Assembly: GCA_036172245.1 (NCBI GenBank)
Contig: JAYWIR010000003.1
Span: 7,316,001 to 7,380,000, forward strand
Direction: 5' to 3'
From: Raillietiella orientalis
Lineage: Eukaryota
Length of the DNA stretch: 64,000 nucleotides
Part shown: in pieces, positions 59,100 to 64,000 of the stretch
Position numbering within the stretch: the first letter of the stretch is position 1
Layout: every line of letters begins with the position of its first letter
Translations under genes and position numbers: made by a program
The notes under the pieces: generated by a model
The model's database searches: none
What the model was told of the DNA's origin: nothing
What the model saw: only the letters and a program-made list of their open reading frames with translations

Positions 59100-61950
59100 A
59101 AATGTTCCCGTTTGCGCGTTGAATCTTGACACTGTATTTGCGTTGGAGGTTACTTCTGGAAACGGTGGGTGTGTTGCTGTGCTTTTCTTGCTTGCATCTG
59201 AGGAATCCGTGGACTTTGAGCGACCGCTGTTATGCTTGCTGGCAGTCCCTACAAGGAACGCGAGTGTGAGTCTTCCGCCGATACGCTGGTCCTCTGGTAA
59301 TCATGGCCAAGTGTATGTGTGTGTCTTTGAGGCATTGTGAGGAAGGGCAGGTAAGAACCGACTGAGCTGCTTCTTTGACGTTCGCAGTCAATGATCTGGG
59401 TGATGGTTTTTAACTCTTTGTTCAGTGTGCAACGTGAAACCTTTCTGCGTGGAGCCGCGCGAATGGGCTTTCTTTCGCCGACTATCAGCCGCAGCATCAA
59501 TTCTTGCTGCAGGCATTGCCTAGTTTACATGTGGTTCATTCGGAAGTTCTGCATGATTTACAAGTCCATTTAACTTGTGTGCCCTGCTCCGAGGAGGAGT
59601 ACCTTCGCATAAGTATAGTATTTTGAGATTTCTCCCTGGTAACTGTAAACTCAAAGGAGAAGAAGATTCTGTGCACTGATCTCAACGGCCGGAGAATTTT
59701 CCTGGCAGATCAGGTGCCGTCCTCCGTGTCTATCATGAGTGATTCGCTTTTATTCTGCTGGAATCAGTAGGATTTACTGGCATTCCACGGTTTTTCTCCA
59801 TGCGGTGTTTGCCGGCATCTCTCGTCTAGGGAGAGGCATGTCCCGGACTGCTACTGGTTTGGAGGACGAGAGATCTTTTTCATCAGGGAGGGATTGCACT
59901 TACCTCAGATCTCTTTCAGTCCGATTCCTCGCTGTCTTCAAACCCTTTAATGAACGGCTTCATCCCCTAGAGAAGCGAAAATTTTAATTCTGCGAAGAAG
60001 GGGACCCAGGATTCTGCACTTCTCTGCATCTCCACTACGACGCTGCTCGACAGAGACGAGAAGTTGAAGTTCGCGCCGGATCCCGGCAATGTGGAAGATG
60101 ACCAAAGGCGCGAGTCATAAGTAGCCTGCGAGAACTGGAGTCGGAGTGACGTGGAACATAATTGTCTTTTCGGTAACGACACATTGGATCGGCTGACATC
60201 CGTCCAGCCTGCTATCGCATTCTCCAGTCTCTCTCTGGAGCATTTTGATCAAGTGGCACTACCTGCGCCTGCACTTTCAAGGCCATCATTCTGGATGCTG
60301 CAACACGAGTAAGCGCTTGTCTCTTGACGAACGAAGGCTGTGATGAGGAAAGGGCCAGATCCCAAAGGTTGGGTTCAAGCTCGGCACGCGAGCGCCACCG
60401 CCAGTCTTCAAAACTCTGTTCCGTCAAGAGAGTTTTTGCACGCTACCTGGCCGAACTTTCGCTGCGTAGTCGTCACCGTTTTTCTGCCTCCTGGAACCAA
60501 CATCTTCCGTGGGAAGTGATCGGTGCAGCTGAAGGGCCTTAACCGAGAATTCGTTTCAACTCGCAGACCGGGTATCAGATGCCTCTTGCAGCACCTCACG
60601 CTGTCGGCGAAACGTAAATGCCGGAACCCTAGACGATGCATTCTCCCCCAGGAAGAATGTCCTTGGGGAGCGAGGAGATGATGTCCGCAATAAGGAGCCA
60701 CTCCACGCTGGATAGTATCCAGCAATTTGAAAATAAGGAAGTAACCATCGACGGAATGCGTCCGCCCACGACTCATTCCGTCGATATGGAAACAAGCAGC
60801 ATGGTGCCCGTACATAAGGCGGGAGTCGCCGCTCCAACCATCACTACAGTGATGCGTGGACTGGCTTCTTTCTGCCGATAGCGCACTGCTTGTTGGAACG
60901 TAAGGGGGCAGAAGGACGAGGGCAGGAGGCGAGACCTGCGAGCCACACGCGACCTGGCGCTTCCGCAAAAGACGCAAAAGTTCACCGAAGTAGACGCCCA
61001 GAAAATCGAAACGATCGCTGGTGGTTGGCTACCATGGCACGACACTTGCGTCCCCTACCGCGGAATGGCCTTCCTGCTGAAGCCAACCCCCAGAAACGCC
61101 CTGCGCAACGTATAGTTCAACGAGGAAGGTTGAGTTGAAACAGCTTGTGGTCAAGTAGTCCCGCTCGATTCAGCAGGACGTCACGATCGTGTACACGCCC
61201 AGCGGCTACCACAGGCGCGGAGAACGAACAACGCTGAACGAAGATCTGAAGCGCGATAGGCAGCACAAAGCAGACATGCGGAGAGCGCAACACATAGCTG
61301 AGTCTTAAACGGTCGGCAGCTGTCGGGTGCACCGAACGGACGATCCGATCTGGTCGACGAGATTTGCACGGCAACGCACACGAGCAGCTTGTTGACTAGA
61401 GAAGCCGAGGTGGACGAAAGAATCGACCACGTGGCATCCACTGCGACCTGTGCTCACAGGGTGGAAATTGAGGGAGAATACGATCAGAGCTGTCACGCCA
61501 CATTCTGCGTGGGCTCGAGATACATCGGCAGGACAGGGGGCCTCGCAAGCGTACAACCGCCCTTGGGACTGGTTGAACATTTCAGGAGCAGCGGAGCATC
61601 TTCGCTAAGCGCTGTGCGGCTTCGAACTACAGACGCTCGAGGACGGGAAAAACCTAACGCACACAGCCCAAGAGTGCAGGGGCCAGTACCTCCTCGACCG
61701 TCTCCTGCCAGGTTTTGGGAAAGGTTTGAGGACCGAGAGGCAGCACACCGCGGACGTCGCCTCTCCAGAAATTCAGACGCTCTCCGCTGATGACTTTTGC
61801 GACGCAGGACCCTAGTCCATCCGTCATGAGGAGAGACAGTCAGCGCTCAATCTGTACCAAGAGGGCAGGTTCCACCTGCTGGCACCGACCGCGTAACGGA
61901 GCACCTTCGTGGCGACGCTACCTCACGTCCCGATATTTGCATGCCCCGTC
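59100..61950 (-). mobile_element. Decayed Ty3/Gypsy remnant, right arm of inverted duplication
   Basis: Reverse-complement similarity to 50600-53450, plus an RT-like segment near 60570-60615 shared with 47840-47886. Confidence 0.45.
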
Positions 61951-62399
61951 CTACCAGTCGTTCGAAAACGCACCCAAGATCTCGTAACGAAAGCCCTATG
62001 GAATGCAGGGAGGTTCCGAGCCCGTTTCAAAAACTTGTTTTTCTCCTGGAGATGGTCCACTGGGCGTCGCTTCGTTCGACACGCTGGAACGTCTGTTTCA
62101 GATAAGAACACACCCTCGCATTCAGACTGTGGAGTACGCAGTGATGCGCACCTGCACGCCTACCGGACAGAAAAGAAGGAGGCTGCCAAGGGTTTTCTTC
62201 ACTTTTCGTAGCAAACCAAGCGACTCTGTCACTTTGTGGCTGTCAGCTACGTCGAAGAGTGGCTCTGGTGCAGGAGAACCACACCTCCTGGATTACCTGC
62301 ACACTCGTGAACTGCACTGCATGTGTGCAGAAGTCAGCTTCCGCGTGCGAAAAGACGCACGGCTGGAGCGAGGCGAAAAACACCCGCCTCCAGAAAGGA

Positions 62400-63100
62400 A
62401 GGCACGCTCCACAGCTGCTCTAGGAGATTGTGTACAGCCCACGGCACCTGCTGTATGCACCGTTCACCGCCCTTGTCACGGTGCAGACCAACCTAAAAGA
62501 CTGAAGGGTCAGCGACCTTTCGATCAGGTGGTAAATGTCCGCCACCGAAACTGCAAAACCGACCTCTGGACTACTGGAAAAGTCGGCAATTGACAGAGGA
62601 TACTGCGTCCTCGATTGTCCCGCCAAAAGGACATCTATGGTGGGGCGAGCTGCTCTCCATACCTCCGGAGGTGGTGGAATGCCCACTGCGCGTTGAGAAC
62701 TGGCTTCCTCTCTCTAAAGTGCCAGAGGTCGGCATAGCTCGTATTGCACTGGGAAATCCCATGCAAGGCACGCCTTTATCACCAGACACGATGTAGTGTG
62801 CATGCCAATTGGGATCGGTGCGCCCAGAAGCAGACTTTCCCGTCCTCACGCATGGACTGAGTCCCTGGAACCCCTCTGGGATCGACTCTTTCACGAACCA
62901 CGATAAGCGACCTGACGAACAATTTTCGAGGCCTTTCATGCGCGCCTCCCGGCGACGAGCCGCGTCCCTAGCAGTTTTCTGCTGCATATTTCGATTCGTG
63001 GGAGCCTGCAACGCGCAAAGAAAAGGAAAGATGACAGGGACGCCATCAACTGGGAGGTAACATTATTGAATAACGCCTCCAGTTGGTCCCACCTAAGAGA
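62400..63100 (-). mobile_element. Possible additional decayed retroelement integrase fragment
   Basis: HAHYIVSGDKGVPC resembles integrase PxxIVSDNGPxF; frames degenerate. Confidence 0.3.
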
Positions 63101-64000
63101 TCAGGCTAAAGAATTTGTCGGCATCCTCGACAGGATGCAGAGGACGCCTCACGTGGAAATGATTTATGGGCTGCTTCCCTGCTTCTCCCTCAGCACCAGA
63201 TAATCTCTTTTCTCCTGTGTGGGTTCATTTTATTTGTTTCTCCGTCGACGCGGAAACGGACATTGGCGATCCACAAACCGGTCAACACAAGATCTCTCAC
63301 TTGGCAGGACCAAGTGATCCTAAAGATATTTTCAAATTGGGAAGAAGTTTATTATGACATCAATGATGGATGCCCCCACAAAGCAGGAAGAAAAACTTCA
63401 AGGCGGTAGAAAAGAGCGGAGAGCACGATAGGAAAACGACACGATAACAAATAAATGAGGCTTCCGTACGGGCGATTGGACAGAAAAATCGGCTCTTGAG
63501 GAGGGTCCTCAACTTGCTGTCTGGGTGTCAAGAACATCATCATTAATGGAGCTGGTGGTTGCATGGGGCCAAATTACTCACCCTACGAAAGAAGCGAATG
63601 GAAAAGTGAATGGATAGCTTATCGTTGAGGGCTGTTCTCAAGGAGTTCGAGACAGTCTCAATAATGCGGAAGAAGAAAGAAGCTGCTGAAGACGAGGTGG
63701 GCGGCAGTGCATGTCTAAAGAACAAGCGCACCAAAAGGAATCTGAGGGTGCCCATCGGATTACCGAAGATGGCGATAGAATGGTCTCAAATATGCAGAAA
63801 AGGAGCGCAAATTCGTGTAGGTACAGAAAGGACCAAACCCCCACACCTGTCGCGATTCGGAACTTGCCTGGACGAAATCCACCCGCGGGTACTCCATGAA
63901 GGACATTCTGCAACGTGAGGAAAACCAAATGCTGCTGTTTATGGTAAAGCGGATAGTCGTTGGTAGTCACCGCGAACAGCGCAAGGTCATGTAAGCGAAT

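Overview
Eukaryotic (animal, most likely invertebrate) genomic DNA, not prokaryotic: multi-exon genes with many 45-60 nt introns, separated by heavily decayed retroelements. Genes reconstructed by hand from splice sites and reading-frame phase: a serotonin-transporter-like SLC6 gene (+, 5' exons outside the window), an FKBP15/WAFL-like gene (-, 5' end unresolved), a candidate orphan spliced ORF (-), a CDKL kinase (+), a gamma-glutamyltranspeptidase-family gene (+), and two head-to-head cathepsin-L-like genes. The main observation is that three of these genes have intact frames but have lost their catalytic nucleophile. Both 326-aa secreted cathepsin-L-like proteins carry Asp in place of the catalytic Cys (one has also lost the catalytic His). 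The 609-aa GGT-like protein carries Lys in place of the catalytic/autoprocessing Thr and has lost several substrate-binding residues. The cathepsin pair sits at the centre of a multi-kb inverted duplication whose 5' gene halves appear homogenised by gene conversion while the mature domains have diverged. Also present: two GC-AG introns, a 373-bp inverted repeat of a DIRS-type RT fragment, a perfect 45-bp palindrome, a 41-bp minisatellite and a tRNA-derived SINE-like element. All family assignments come from motif recognition by eye; no database searches were run.
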